NCBI RefSeq assembly: GCF_009914755.1
Contig: NC_060933.1
Source: the human T2T-CHM13v2.0 reference genome, Homo sapiens
DNA: 64,000 bases
Strand: one strand, 5' to 3'
Positions 45,771 to 60,159 of the stretch are shown here, piece after piece. Position 1 is the stretch's first letter. Each line of letters starts with the position of its first letter. Below the pieces are notes generated by a model that searched no databases, had not been told where the DNA came from, and saw only the letters and a program-made list of their open reading frames with translations. A program made the translations under genes and the position numbers.

Positions 45771-46454
45771 ATATAAAATACTCTAAATGACCCAAGGAAG
45801 GGGACTTAGCCTAGCCTGGGGCATGTGTGTGGGAGTCAGGGAAGATATATGGAAAAGATGAGGTAAAACTTAATTCTTGAAGGATACGTAAAAAGGTAGC
45901 CAAACAAAGGGAGGGAGCATTCAGAGGAGGAAAAACATGAACAAAGGTCAAGAGGAATAGCACAGCATGAAGGCTCAAGCAAACCACATGCAGTGTGGTG
46001 TCAGTAGTGCATAAAGTTCAAGGAATATGGGAAATAAGCCTAGAGAAGGTTAGGGCCAAGTGTTAATTTTTTTAAATATTCAACTGAGTCTTCATTATGT
46101 ACTTGGCACTTTACATGATTATAGCTTTTTATGCTGGCAATAAATAACTCCATGAAATATGGTTGTATTATGCCCATTTTACAGAAAAAGAAACTGAGTT
46201 TCAGAGCAAAATATGCCAAAAGCTACACATTGAGTTGTTTCAAACCCCTATCTGTGTAGGTCTAAAGCTCATGCTTACACCCACCAAGACATAATGCATC
46301 TTGGGTTGTGAAAAGCATCATATGGAGCCTTCATAAGGAGTCTGAACTTTGTTCTTCAGGAAAATATTCAAAATTTCCCTGAAAAAAACAAAGCTCATTC
46401 TTACGAAGAAAGTTTAGAGTACTGTTACAGCTTCCATCAGGTTGCATACTACCT

Positions 46455-46805
46455 TATGGTGGACATTTGGATTGTTTCCACTTTCTGGCTATTGTGAATA
46501 ATGCTACTATGAACATTAGTGTACAAGTTGTTATGTGCACATATGTTTTCGTTTCTCTTGGGTTTCTCTTGGGTATATATCAGGAGAGAACTGCTAGGAT
46601 GTTTAACATTTGAGGAACTGCCAAATTGTTTTTCAAAATGGCTGCACCATTTTACAGCCCCACCAAGAGTGTATGAGGGTTCCAATTTCTCCACAACCCT
46701 GCCAACATGTACTATCTGTCTTATTTATTATAGATAACCCAATAGGTATGAAGTGGTATTTCACTGTGGTTTTGATTTTCATTTCCCTAATAGCTAATGA
46801 TGGCA
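46455..46805 (-). mobile_element. Old L1M ORF2 3' fragment
   Basis: MEKLEPSYTLGGAVKWCSHFEKQFG-type degenerate ORF2 end. Confidence 0.8.
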
Positions 46806-46902
46806 TATGACATTTTAATGCAGCTCTTAATGTAACCCCCTCCCCCTTTTTTTTAACTCCAGAAATATTTTGACAAAACCTAAGAAATCACCTATCAAAA
46901 CT

Positions 46903-47202
<300 letters not shown>

Positions 47203-47318
47203 CTATCAAAACTTTTGGCAATAAAACTGCCAAAGTATGTGAAATGCTTAAGCCCTACCTCTGGGTAGAAGATCAGGGATGACATAAGGAGTTAGAACTA
47301 ATGAGAAGGTCAAGGATG

Positions 47319-47457
47319 AGCCAGGCACAGTGGCTCACACCTAGAATCCCAGCACTTTGGGAGGCCGAGGTGGAAGGATCACTTGAGGCTAGGCGTTCAC
47401 GACTAGCCCGGGCAACATAGTGAGACACCACCTCTTTTTATTTTAAAAATAAAAAAA
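47319..47457 (+). mobile_element. FLAM-like Alu monomer
   Basis: TSD agaaggtcaaggat. Confidence 0.85.
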
Positions 47458-47875
47458 GAAGGTCAAGGATAAAGAGAAAGCCAAGCATGTCTACTGAATA
47501 CATTATTTGAATATTAAAAAGAGTGAGTTTACATTGTGATATGGCTGTTTCAAATTAGGCATAATGGCCACACCAAAATAGCCATATCAAAATGCCCCAC
47601 TTTGAACTATGCACTTATGATTAGAATTAAGTATTTGGTGAAGACAGGGCCCATAGGTTGGAGAAGATTCATTTGTTTCACTCTCTTCTCCAGTATTTGT
47701 CATTATATTCTTCAAAAGTAAGTATTTATAGGAACCCTCAGAGCTGAGCATAAATTGCTAAAACTATTTTGGAAAGCAATTTGGCCATATATTCCAAAAG
47801 CCTTAAAATGTATATTCCGTGTGGTCTAATTATTTCATTTTTGGAAAGTTAGCTTAAGAAAGTAATATGAAATAT

Positions 47876-48195
47876 GCTGGGTGCAGTGACGCACACCTGT
47901 AATCCTAGCAATCTGGGAGGCTCAAGCCAGAGGATCGTTGAGGCCAAGAGTTCAAGACCAGCCTGGGCAACATATGGAAACCCCATCTCTACAAAAAAAA
48001 ATATATATATACAAAAATTAGCTGGCATGGGGGCGCACACCTTTAGTCCTAGCTAGTTTGGAGGCTGGGGTGGGAGGATCACTTGAGGCCAGGAGTTCAA
48101 GGGTGCAGTGAGCTATGTTCATGCTGCTGCACTCCAGCCTGGGCGACAGAGTGAAACCTTGTCTCTAAAGACAAAAAAAAAGAAAAAGAAAAGAA
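47876..48195 (+). mobile_element. AluJ-like
   Basis: Dimer. Confidence 0.9.
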
Positions 48196-49693
48196 CATGA
48201 AATATAGGAAGGAAGCACATTCCTGAATAATTTTTAATAGAGGGTTCAATCTAAACATTTAATACCAGGAAAATAAATAATGAAATACAACCCACAGAAT
48301 GAAATATTTTGCAGCAATTAAAATGACATTAACAAAAAGTTGTATAGCAAGGAAAAATGTTTAAATTATAATGTGGACATTAATGTTAATGATACAATAA
48401 AATTGTATCAGATTTGTAAAACAAAAAAATATATATGCCCAGAAGAAATACTGGAAAGAAATGCTTCAACGTGAAAGCAGTCATTCCATCTCAATGGTAG
48501 GACTATAAATGTTTTAAAAATATTTTTTCCAAATTTTTAAGCAATGTACAAGGATTATTTATATAAGTGAGAAATGTGCTTTTTAAATAAAACCAACGTC
48601 CAGGCTCAAAGCCCAGTCCTGCACTGAAGGACTTATGTAAACACTAACTGTGATGTTCTTATTTCTAAAGGGGCCAGGAACTCACGCTCTCTTCAGAGGA
48701 GCAATACGGTCCACTAGAACAAGACCTGGCCTACAAGCCAGGAGAGCCAGCCTCTAGATCTAAGCTGTGTGTCTCTTAACACCTCTGAAGAGTGGAAGAG
48801 TTGAAAGAGAACAAACACTGATTGCGTACTGACTTTGCCATACATGTTACCTATATGATTAACATGGAATAACCCCCTAAGTACCATGATGCCCCATGTG
48901 ACAGAACTAATATGTGGTGGGGATTCAAACCCAAATCTATAGATGCAGGGACATCTGTACAACAGAAATAATGAAATCTACCATACTTACTGCACAAAGC
49001 CAAAGTCATGTTAGATAAATCTATGTGAAAGTTTCATATAAAATATCCAGTTCCATGGATATGTAAAACTCTAAGCCTCTCCACACAATCTCTTAATTCA
49101 CTGGGTATTTCACAGCACCTGAAGGCAGAATTCTGTGTTTCTTCTGCCTTCTTGAGCTAACAAGTCAAAAGTAATTAAGGACTGTTTTTAGTGAATGAGA
49201 AGAAGAAATTTTTTAATTGTAATGTGGATCATGCAAGGCAAATGATTATTTGGTAGACATTTAAATAACCAACAGGGGGAAATATTTACAATGCATATGA
49301 GATAAAAAGTAACCATAATATTTACAAACCAATGAGAAAAAACATAAACAAAACAATCCAAAAGATAAAATGAACAAAAAATAGATTCAGTCATTTCACA
49401 GATGAAGCAAGACAAATGACAAATTAACTTATGCAAAAAGTTTAACCTTGTTGACAATCAGAGAAATGTAAATTAAAAGAACACATTTTTACCTGTCAGT
49501 CTGGCAAAGATACACAAGATGAATAGTATACAGTATTGGAGCAGATATGCAAAAACAGGCAGTCTCAAACCCTGCTGAGGGCAATTTGATAGTAACAATC
49601 AAAATATAAAGTACATATGCCCTTTCACCCAACAATCCTAGGAATTTATTCTACAGAAGTATTTGCACAAATACACACTTAAAATGTCTGAAA

Positions 49694-50012
<319 letters not shown>

Positions 50013-50224
50013 TTATTGCCCCACTCTTTGTAATAGCAAAGAAAACACATAGAAACAACATCCGTCAATAAATTATGGTATATAAAATGGACTATTAGGT
50101 TGTTAAAATGAAATGAATCTATATATATTAACAGAGAAAGATGTATATGAGGTACTGCTAAAACAGCAGTTGCCAAACACTATCTACGTGGTATAACTGC
50201 AGCATTTTAAAAAATGAAATATCT

Positions 50225-50522
50225 GCTGGGTACAGTGGCTCACACCTGTAATCTCAGCACTTTGGGAGGCTGAGGCGGGAGAATCACTTGAGCCCAGGAG
50301 ACTAGCTTGGGCAACATAGCACAATGCTGTCTCTACAAAAAAATATAAAAAATTAGCTGGGCATGGTGTGCACCTGTAGTCCCAGCTCCTGGGGGGCGAG
50401 GGTTGCTGAGGTGGGAGGATGGTTTGAGCCCAGGAGGTGGAGGCTGCAGTGAGCCGAGATTGCGCCACTATACTCCAACCTGGGCGACAGAGCAAGACCC
50501 TCTCTAGAAAGAAAAAATAAAA
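50225..50522 (+). mobile_element. AluJ-like
   Basis: Dimer. Confidence 0.9.
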
Positions 50523-50596
50523 TATGTGTATATTTATATTTATATACAGTATATATTTGTATCTCTACATATGATATCATGATGGTAATTAGCACA

Positions 50597-50982
50597 GTTT
50601 ACCAAATAGCCTGATTCTCCTCTTTACACCCTCATGGTGGGACTGCGCATCCCCCATCCCTCTGAGGTTAGCCATGACCATGTAACCTGCTTCAGCGAAT
50701 CAAATCTGAGCTGAAGTGATGCATCACTTCTGGGTAGACGTTTTAAAAACCAGTGCAAATTCACCACCACATGCTCTTTCCCTCCCTCAGTGACTCATGA
50801 AAGCAGGTGTCACAATGGGAGACCACGATCTCAATAACCAAGATGATGAGAGACCCCTGCTCCCCAACCCCACCAGCCCACATTGAACCCAAAGCATGGG
50901 CAAGAAATAAACTTTGGTTGTATTAAGCCACTGCTATTTTATGGTTCTTACCATAGCACAATTTAGCCATCCTGATATGTAC
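50597..50982 (+). mobile_element. Old MLT1 LTR
   Basis: gcaagaaataaactttggttgtattaagccactg 3' signature. Confidence 0.62.
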
Positions 50983-51002
50983 AAGAATAAGAAAAAAATC
51001 TG

Positions 51003-51295
<293 letters not shown>

Positions 51296-52450
51296 GAAGT
51301 CTGTAAAGATACATATCAAATTGGGATTCTGGTGTCACCTCTCAGAAGTGGAATTAGAGGGGAGGATGGAAAGGGAGGGGGATGGGGTAGGTGGTTTGTT
51401 TCAGTTTTTATTTTATATGCTTGGGAACAGTGTAAATTTTTATAAGCATATATTATTTCTGGAATTGGAACGAAGTTATTTATACATAATCTAAGATGTC
51501 CAAAAAATGGTCCACTGTTGTTTTTTAAAATTCCAATAACCCACAGTTCTGACACAATGAGAAATAGAATCTCCCTATGAGTATAAAGAACAAAATAGGA
51601 AAACTGGCCTTCATCAGAGTTCTAGGCAGATGTACTGAGGAACTTATTTGAAAAGCAAAACCGCACCCAGGGAAGACTACACAGGAGATAAACTGCCTAT
51701 TCTTCCAGCTTCATTAAGGGTGCGAAGGTTTTATTCAGATGACAGAGAAGCATATGGGAGAGGGAAGGAAGCCGCCAGAAATGCCTGCAAGTACTTATAA
51801 AGCATTTATAAAAATTACTAGATAATGGTTCAGAAACACCCAGGGAAACAAACACGCATGCAAATGGCAGCGGCAGCAGCTGGCAAGGCACAATTTGATA
51901 CGAGGAGGAAGGAGAGATGCAAGTCCTCCTGGAATAGAGAAACCTAATCGTTCTCTCCAGCAAAACAATAACCTCTGTGGAGGAATCTCAGGGACGTGAC
52001 TCGGCTTCAGAGGAACAACCACAAGGAAAGGAGGGGTTCAAACCTAATTAGAGGATGGCAAGCTGATCTGCCTGTTCACATCATCCATTTTTCTGTTACA
52101 AAATTTAATTAAGATGTCATAGAGATTCACCAGAGGGAAAGTCAAACCAACATGTATTCTTACTTTAAAGTGCCAGGCGCTTTTAAGATTTTCTGGCTTC
52201 ATCCTCACAACAACTAGCTAGTATTTTATACTCAGTCTTAGAGATGAGGTAAAGCAACTTGTCCAGGGGCACGGAGCCACTGCGTGACCCAGAAAATTTG
52301 TATCTTTTCCACACAGCTGGTGGGTACTTTCATGTAGAATAACATCTGTTTTCCCTGTGAAACCCAAAGTCAAGATACTGATGTCACTTAAACGGCTAAA
52401 ACGAGTTTCCCGTGGCGATGTACATAATTAACATACCAACGTATGAGACA

Positions 52451-52801
<351 letters not shown>

Positions 52802-54674
52802 TTAGACTTAGGAAACTTTAGAAGTATAATTGATTTAAAAAGAAAAAAACATGAAATCAGTATTATTTTTTAACATCTTAAACCTAGACTACATCAAGTT
52901 GACATTCACCCAAAATGCAACTGTCCCTTACGCTGCAGCCATCTGTGAGTGGCTGTGTCATCTGCTGTATCCCCAAGATCCCAAATACAGCCTGGCACAA
53001 AGTAGATCTCAAAATATCTATTAGATAAGTCAAATTAGCTGGTCACACCTGCTCTGACTAACCAATAACATACATATATGGACTACATTTTATATTAAAT
53101 TTTCCCCCTGTTTAAGAAAAAATAGATCAAATAACCAAGCCTGTAATTACATGATAGAAAGAAAACAATCAACACTGAATACCTACAGTGTGCCAAGCAT
53201 TGGGTTAAGTCAATTTACATACATTCCCTCATTTACTCTCACAAAAATTCTGTGAGATAGATAGCACTAGCCCATTGCTACAGCTGAAGAAACTGAGTCT
53301 CAGAGAGGTTCTGTATTTAGTACAGAGTTTAGTCACACAAGCAATCAGAGGCAAGGATTTTAACCCACATCTGTCTGATTTCAAAGCCCATGCCAACTAC
53401 AAAATACAACACTTCCCCTTGAGAGAAGGCACTTAAACAGTGGTCGATTACTTTTACAATACGTTCAAGAACAGATTTAAATAAAAAATAAAATGCATGA
53501 TTAAATTTTTGCCTTAAACTTCTGCTGATACAAAACCAGAATCCAAAACACTACCAAAATTGTGGCACAATACACTGTATGTTTTATAACACAGAAAACA
53601 GCCTAACCATTACAACACCTGCTTAAAAACACACAGACACGATTTTAATTTATAGGAGTTATAGAGCTTGAATGTGAGCCCCTTGAATTTATTGTCTTTT
53701 AAAGGACTGTTTAAGGAGTTGGTGTGGATTCATGAAGCTATTACCCGAATTGTATCGTTCAAATAACAATGGTAGTGAATTGTGATTTTTATGTTATGAC
53801 AAGTTTAACTTGCAAAGGAAAAATTCCAATAGATTAGACATTAAAATAATGTATCTGTGGAAGGAGAACATTTGATGGAGTAGGGCATATAGTGTTTTTA
53901 AATATGGTGCTTTTTTTTTAAATGGGCAGTAAGTTGCAATGGCGGTCATTGAAAATAGAAAGGGAGGAAAGATTAGACTACCCAATATTTCATTTTATAC
54001 TCTACCTTCTTCCAGAAGGAATCTGAGACAGAAAGATTCAAATAGCAGGCTCACATTCCACAGAGGAGGAAGGCAACCCAGCTAGTCAAATGGCACAGGA
54101 ATTGCATCTCCCCTGTGGGCAGCAGCAAGACAGGATTTGGAAGGTGCAGGCACCAAATGCTCCCTCTGCCAGGCAGGATATATTTCAGTGTGTTTTATTT
54201 TAAGTCCTATTTGCATTATTGCTCTCCTGATTCTGACCAACTCCAAGGTCACTTGAATTATGGGTCAAATGAGGAATGGGAGGGTTAAGAAGTAGAGAAT
54301 CATAAAACACTTAAAAGTGGGTTTTGGAACAAAAAAAGGCTACTGTTTGAACCCTGACTTTCTCACTTACTTGCTGTGCCCACCTCAGTTTCTTCTGCTG
54401 TTACTTGAGAATAGTAATGATGATAGTGATGATAATAGAATAACTCCTTGCAGAATGGTTTTTGCAAAGGATTAGCAAAGAAGAAGGTATATGATTGAAA
54501 ACTGGCTACAAGCCCAGGCCCTGGATGGCTCTGCCACTGGTTATCTGTGTGGCCATGGGCTGGCCCTGTACCGGCCCCTCTCTAAGCCTCAGTTCCCTCA
54601 TCTGTAAGTTGAAGATGACAGTGCAGTCTATTTTAGAGGGTTTTTGCAAGGATTAAATAAATAATGCATAGTAA

Positions 54675-54827
<153 letters not shown>

Positions 54828-56196
54828 TAAAACAGTACAATGCCTTGCACATAACCCCTATTTAATAAACAGTAACTAATATTATACAAGTTGTAAGTAG
54901 GACAATATAGTAAGTGTATACTTGTTCTAAAGAAAGGCTGGATAAATTTCAGGGAACAATGCATGATTTGGAGTCTCTGAAACAAAGACTTTATACTATA
55001 ATAGATCTCAGGACAGGGGCTTATTCAAACTATCATCAACAAAGGTCCCGCTATGAAATCTCTCAGGGCCCTCATTCACATTAGCTGGTGGCCATGGCAC
55101 CACTGTGCACATAAACACAACCTACATCTCCAAAGAGGGCAGCTCACAACAAAAGTGGCGTCTACTCTCTATGGTGTCTTTCCTCTAAGGTGTTTTTTCA
55201 TGAGGGTAGCAAAATGACAGAAGCATCCATGGGAGATGGGGAGTCTTCACAGGATGGGAAGAAGACCATACAAATCCATAAACATTGAGCATCTGCGGTG
55301 AACCAGAAACCATGCCTTTCTTTCATGTTGCAACATCAGTGGTGACTCTGTAAACATGATTTTGCTATTTGAGAGTAACTCCAGTCTTGTCTACAAGTTT
55401 ACAGAGCTAACATCTGTGATCCTTCCCTTTCAGAAACAAATTTAACATTGTGGACGCAGTTAAATTAGACCTGGCCAGAACGGGTATGACTGCAAACTGA
55501 ATCATCTGAGGGCTGGCATGGTTCACTTGGGACTGAAGGAGAGTGGGCAAGGGAGGCCGGGTCTATATATGGCAAGCAATCTGTGATTAAATTCAGTCAG
55601 AAGCGCAAGCTTCTTGGCATGGCCTTCACCATGCTCTGTGATCTGGCTTCTTCATCGCTCTCCACTCCCCCATATGCTCCCTCAGCTGCCATCATCCCAT
55701 CCTGCATGTAAAACCTGGTCCATACTGCCTGCCTTGTTGTTCCTACTCTGTATGGAACATCCTTGAATCACTCACCTCCCAGACCAAACTGTAACTGTTT
55801 GTTTGCATGTATTCCTCCTCCTACACCAGGAGCTCCTGGAGGGCAAGGAGTGTATCCTGTTCACATCTACATCTGCGACCTCCAGCCCAGTGTTTACCAA
55901 TAGAGAGCACAGAATTGAAGCCTGGTTTCAAATGGAATGCATATTTCAAATGCTAGCTCTGTCCCTTACTAGCTATGTGGCCTCAGGTAAGTTAACCTCT
56001 GTGTATTTCCATGTTCTCATATGTAGAACGGACACAATAAGGCATTTACTTTACTGAGCTGTTGGGAGAATCAAACAATTGTATATATGTAGAGCACTTA
56101 AAACAGCACCTGGAACAGAGTAAGAGCTATATAAAGATTTATTATCATGTTGTTGTTGTTGTTAAATATATGTGGAATAAGGAAAAGTGAAAAAGG

Positions 56197-56508
56197 AGCC
56201 AGGGGTGGTGGCTCACGCCTGTAATCCCAGCATTTTGAGAGGCCGAGGCAGGCAGATCACTTGAGGTCAGGAGTTCAAGACCAGTCTGGCCAACATGGTG
56301 AAACCCCATCTCTATTAAAAATACAAAAATTAGCCAGGGATGGTGACACATGCCTGTAATCTCAGCTACTCAGGAGGCTGAGGCAGGAGAACTGCTTGAA
56401 CCTCTGAGGCAGAGGTTGTAGTGAGAGTGCAGTGAGCCAAGATAGCACCACTGCACTCCAGCCTGGATGACAGAACGACACCCTGTCTCAAAAAAAAAAA
56501 AAAAAAAA
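56197..56508 (+). mobile_element. AluS-like
   Basis: Dimer; TSD aaaagtgaaaaagga. Confidence 0.92.
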
Positions 56509-57270
56509 GTGAAAAAGGAAGCGAGATTGTGTGCCCTGCAGCTGAGCAAACTTCTGAATTCACATGCTGGCTCAGTCCTACCCTGTTAAAGTGGACGGTG
56601 ATATATAGCTCCTCACTATGCACCCATAAAAGGAGACACAGCTCTCACTCTGGTTGGTGTTCATGACCTTATTTCTTACCTGGGCTACTCATCCACTCCC
56701 ACCAAAGCCAGCCACCTGAGTACTCCCCAAACCCACAGCAACACAGCATGGGCTGCAAGAGATACTGTTGCTCACACCCTTGCACCACAGCCCCCAGTAG
56801 AAGTTCTTGCTCCTAAAACAGCGCTGGGAGTTCAAGATGATCTCATCCAATATCACCTCATAACAGATGGGGAAAGGCAGGCATAAGAAAGGTCATGTGT
56901 TTGCACTTTGTTAGTACCAGGGATATATATATATGTTAGTTTTCATGCAGTCAACTTTGTAGGAGGTACTAAGAATACTATAATCATAGTTTAAAGCAGG
57001 AAGGAACTTTAAAGTTTAGCTACTCTGGCACTTTTCAACCTCCACACTAGGGTGTCAAGATGTGATGTAAGCTCTCTTGCAAATATTCCATAATTCATTT
57101 GATGAATATTTATTGAGCACCTAGAATATGCTGTGCATTAGGGACATAAGTCAGATACCACCCCTGCCCTCAGGACTTCATGCAGTAATGAGGAAGGGTG
57201 ACAGTAATAATCACAAGCCTAATAGTAGAGTCTTATTGTTGCAAGTGAATTGTTTTTTTAATTTTCAATA

Positions 57271-57421
57271 TTTTTTTTAGAGACAGGGTCTTGCTCTGTC
57301 ACCCAGGCTGGTGTGCAGTGGCACAATCATAGCTCACTGCATCCTTGAACTCCTGGACTCAAGTGATCCTCCCACCTCAGCCTCCCAAGTAGGTGGAATT
57401 ACAGGCATGAGCCACCACATT
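57271..57421 (-). mobile_element. Alu monomer (FRAM/AluJ-like)
   Basis: Single-arm match. Confidence 0.85.
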
Positions 57422-57586
57422 CAGTGAATTATGTTTTAAAATATACTAGAATAAACATCTCCACCTATATGCCAATGTGTTCTCTGAGTGGGAAAAAAAG
57501 GGCAGGGTTGGAGGTGGAAGAAGCAGTTACAGGTAGTGCCTTGGAAAAAGCCTACCCACTGGGGGTGACCAGTGCAACAGTCTCAT

Positions 57587-57664
57587 GTAGATCAACATTA
57601 CCATTATGCGGCTACCGAAGTAGAGAGTAGATCAACATTACCATTATGCGGCTACCGAAGTAGA
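57587..57664. repeat. 40-bp-period tandem duplication
   Basis: gtagatcaacattaccattatgcggctaccgaagtaga occurs twice, 38 bp identical. Confidence 0.95.
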
Positions 57665-60159
57665 AAGACTGGAAACTGCTGAATTAGCTCTGTCCACCCC
57701 TACTTTACAGATAAGCAAACTGAGGCCTCAAGGGTTTAACTGACTTGCCCTGATAAATGGAAGAACATCAAAATTCTGTTAATGGCTCACATAGCCTTCC
57801 TCCCCAAAACAGGTCCAAATCCCATCGCATGGCACATGATCTGATCCCTGCTCATTTCTGAAGCCCCATCTCTTACCACTCCACCTCCCACGCTATGATC
57901 CGGCCATACTCAAAGTCCTGAAAGGGCCTCTGCTTTGCCCACACCACTCCTGCAACCAGGGATCCAAAGTCCATGACCCTAAATAACTCCAGTTCATTTT
58001 CAGCACTCACAACTCAGCTCGGGTTTATTTCCTCCAGGAAGTCCTTCCTGGGTGCCCCTCCTCTACCTCCCGCAGCATTTCTCCTTTCACACAGAAACAC
58101 TCATCACATAATGTATTCATTCATTCAACGAATATTTATTGAGCAACTTCTGTGTGCCAAGTACCTGCGGGTACAGCAATAAACAAAACAAAGCCCCTGC
58201 CCTCATGGAGCTTACATTCTAGTGAGGGAAACGACAATAAACAAGCAATACATAATATAATGCCTGGCGAAGTTTAGTACTATGGAAAAAAAATAAATAC
58301 CAAGGGCTGGAGATTGATGGGGAAGGTATCATCTAAAGAAGTGACAAGAGTAAGCCATGCAAATAAATGAAAAGGGAGAATTTCAGGATGCAGCAGCAAT
58401 GTAATGACCTGTAATGACCGCAATTATTCCTTTACTTGTGTTTTATTCCCTATTGAACCATGAAGTCCTTGGGGGCAAGGGTCACATCTTAAGTATGTTT
58501 GGTTCCCAGGGCCCAGCAAAGAACTTGGCACCTCCAAAGTGGACATTTACGGAATGAGTGAACGAACCTGGGCTGGGATGTATTAGTCCATCTGGCCCCA
58601 TCTCTCCGAGCAAACGAGATCTGGCCTGCTTTATGTCTCTCTCTCCCACAGGGATAAGCTAAGTGGAGGCCCCACTTGGGCCAATCTGCCTAGCCTGACT
58701 CCATAGCCTGGTTTTATTTGCTGGATTCTCCCTTCATTAAGACCACGGCACTGACAAGTTGTCCAGTTGTACCTTTTCTAGCCCTCATATCTCTGGCCTG
58801 GACCTGGGGCCCTGCCTAGAAACCCAGATACTTTAGAACTGAGAGCCTGCCTTTGTTTTCCCCAAGTTTCCCCAGCATGAAAGTTCCCCTCTGAATCCCA
58901 AGCCCCAAGGCTGGGGGCCCAGACACTTGGAGTCAAACTTCCCCAACGGCTACACCCTATCCACCTGGAAGTCGGTTCTGCCTGATCCTTGACTTCCCTC
59001 CAAACCAAATGCACTTTTTCCTATTGGGACATCAACCCTCTGACCACATCAGTCCTTTCTGTGGCCATCTCTCTGTATGTTCCAACTTAATGAAACCATT
59101 ACCGAGCATCTACCATAGCCAAGGCACAGGGCTAAGAACCTGAGTCCTCTGTTACCCGCAGCAGATCCCTGTTACCACTGGCTGTGTCCACACTCAGCTA
59201 TCCTTAATCAAACTCCTGACACTCCTGAAAGCACATTAAATACCTTATATGCTGCAAATAAAGTCAAATGGCTTTATCCACGTAGCCAATTGCAACAGAC
59301 ACCTCTAGAGTCACTGGTGCTACATTCCATCCCCTGCCAGTCTAAAATGGGCTCAGGGATGATAACTCATGTATTCATTCACCCTTTCATTCACTGCTTA
59401 CTGACACATGCCGTAAGCCAAGCCTGGAATATAAAATACAGTGCCTGATTTTATACCACTGATCATGAGGACAGTGGTGGTGCTGGTGGTGGTGATGGTG
59501 ATGATGGTGGAAGAAGAGAGAAAGGAGAAGGTGGTAACGTAAGTTACCATTTATTGCAGACTTGTGCTATAAAACACTAAGTAGTGAGTCTTCTAATGCT
59601 AACAAGATGATGAGATAAGTATAATTGGCCTCACTTTACAGAGAAGGTAATAGGCTGAAGAGGTGAAGCAACTTACTCAAGGTCACACAGCTAAGTAGCA
59701 AAGTGTAGTGAGACCCTAGGCCTGTCTGCCTCCAAAATAAAAAGTGTTCCTCTGCCCAAGAGTCACACAGCAAGTGCTAAACAAATATAACTTCAATGAA
59801 GAAGTGAGAGAGCGGGTCCGGGGCCCCAGGGGCTTACAAGCTGGTGGAGGAGACAGACGTACACATATCTACAAGCAGAGGCAAATGCTGATGGCTGAGA
59901 CATAAAAAGAGCTGCAGGGAGGCAGAGGAGTGAGTGGCTAACTTGACCTGGAGGGGTCTGGGGGGCCCTCTTGGAGGAAGTGATTTTGGGGGGTAGGCCT
60001 TGAAGGATGAGCACTTTGCGGCTGACAAGCAGGCCCGAGCGTGGTGCACCGCAGGAGCTCAGCCCTCGCCCGCCGACCTGACCTGGGCCGTGCCGAGACC
60101 TCTGAGGTCGTCCTGTCCACCCCACTGTGCCCACGCGGCCGGGTCGGGCCGGGCCTCAC

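Noticed and set aside
49121-49151. 10-bp inverted repeat gaaggcagaa...ttctgccttc
   Set aside because: Short enough to arise by chance in 64 kb.
59938-60159. C-terminal part of the 367-aa ORF (VRPGPTRP...)
   Set aside because: Read-through into intron 1 past the GTGAGG donor; the real protein continues in exon 2.
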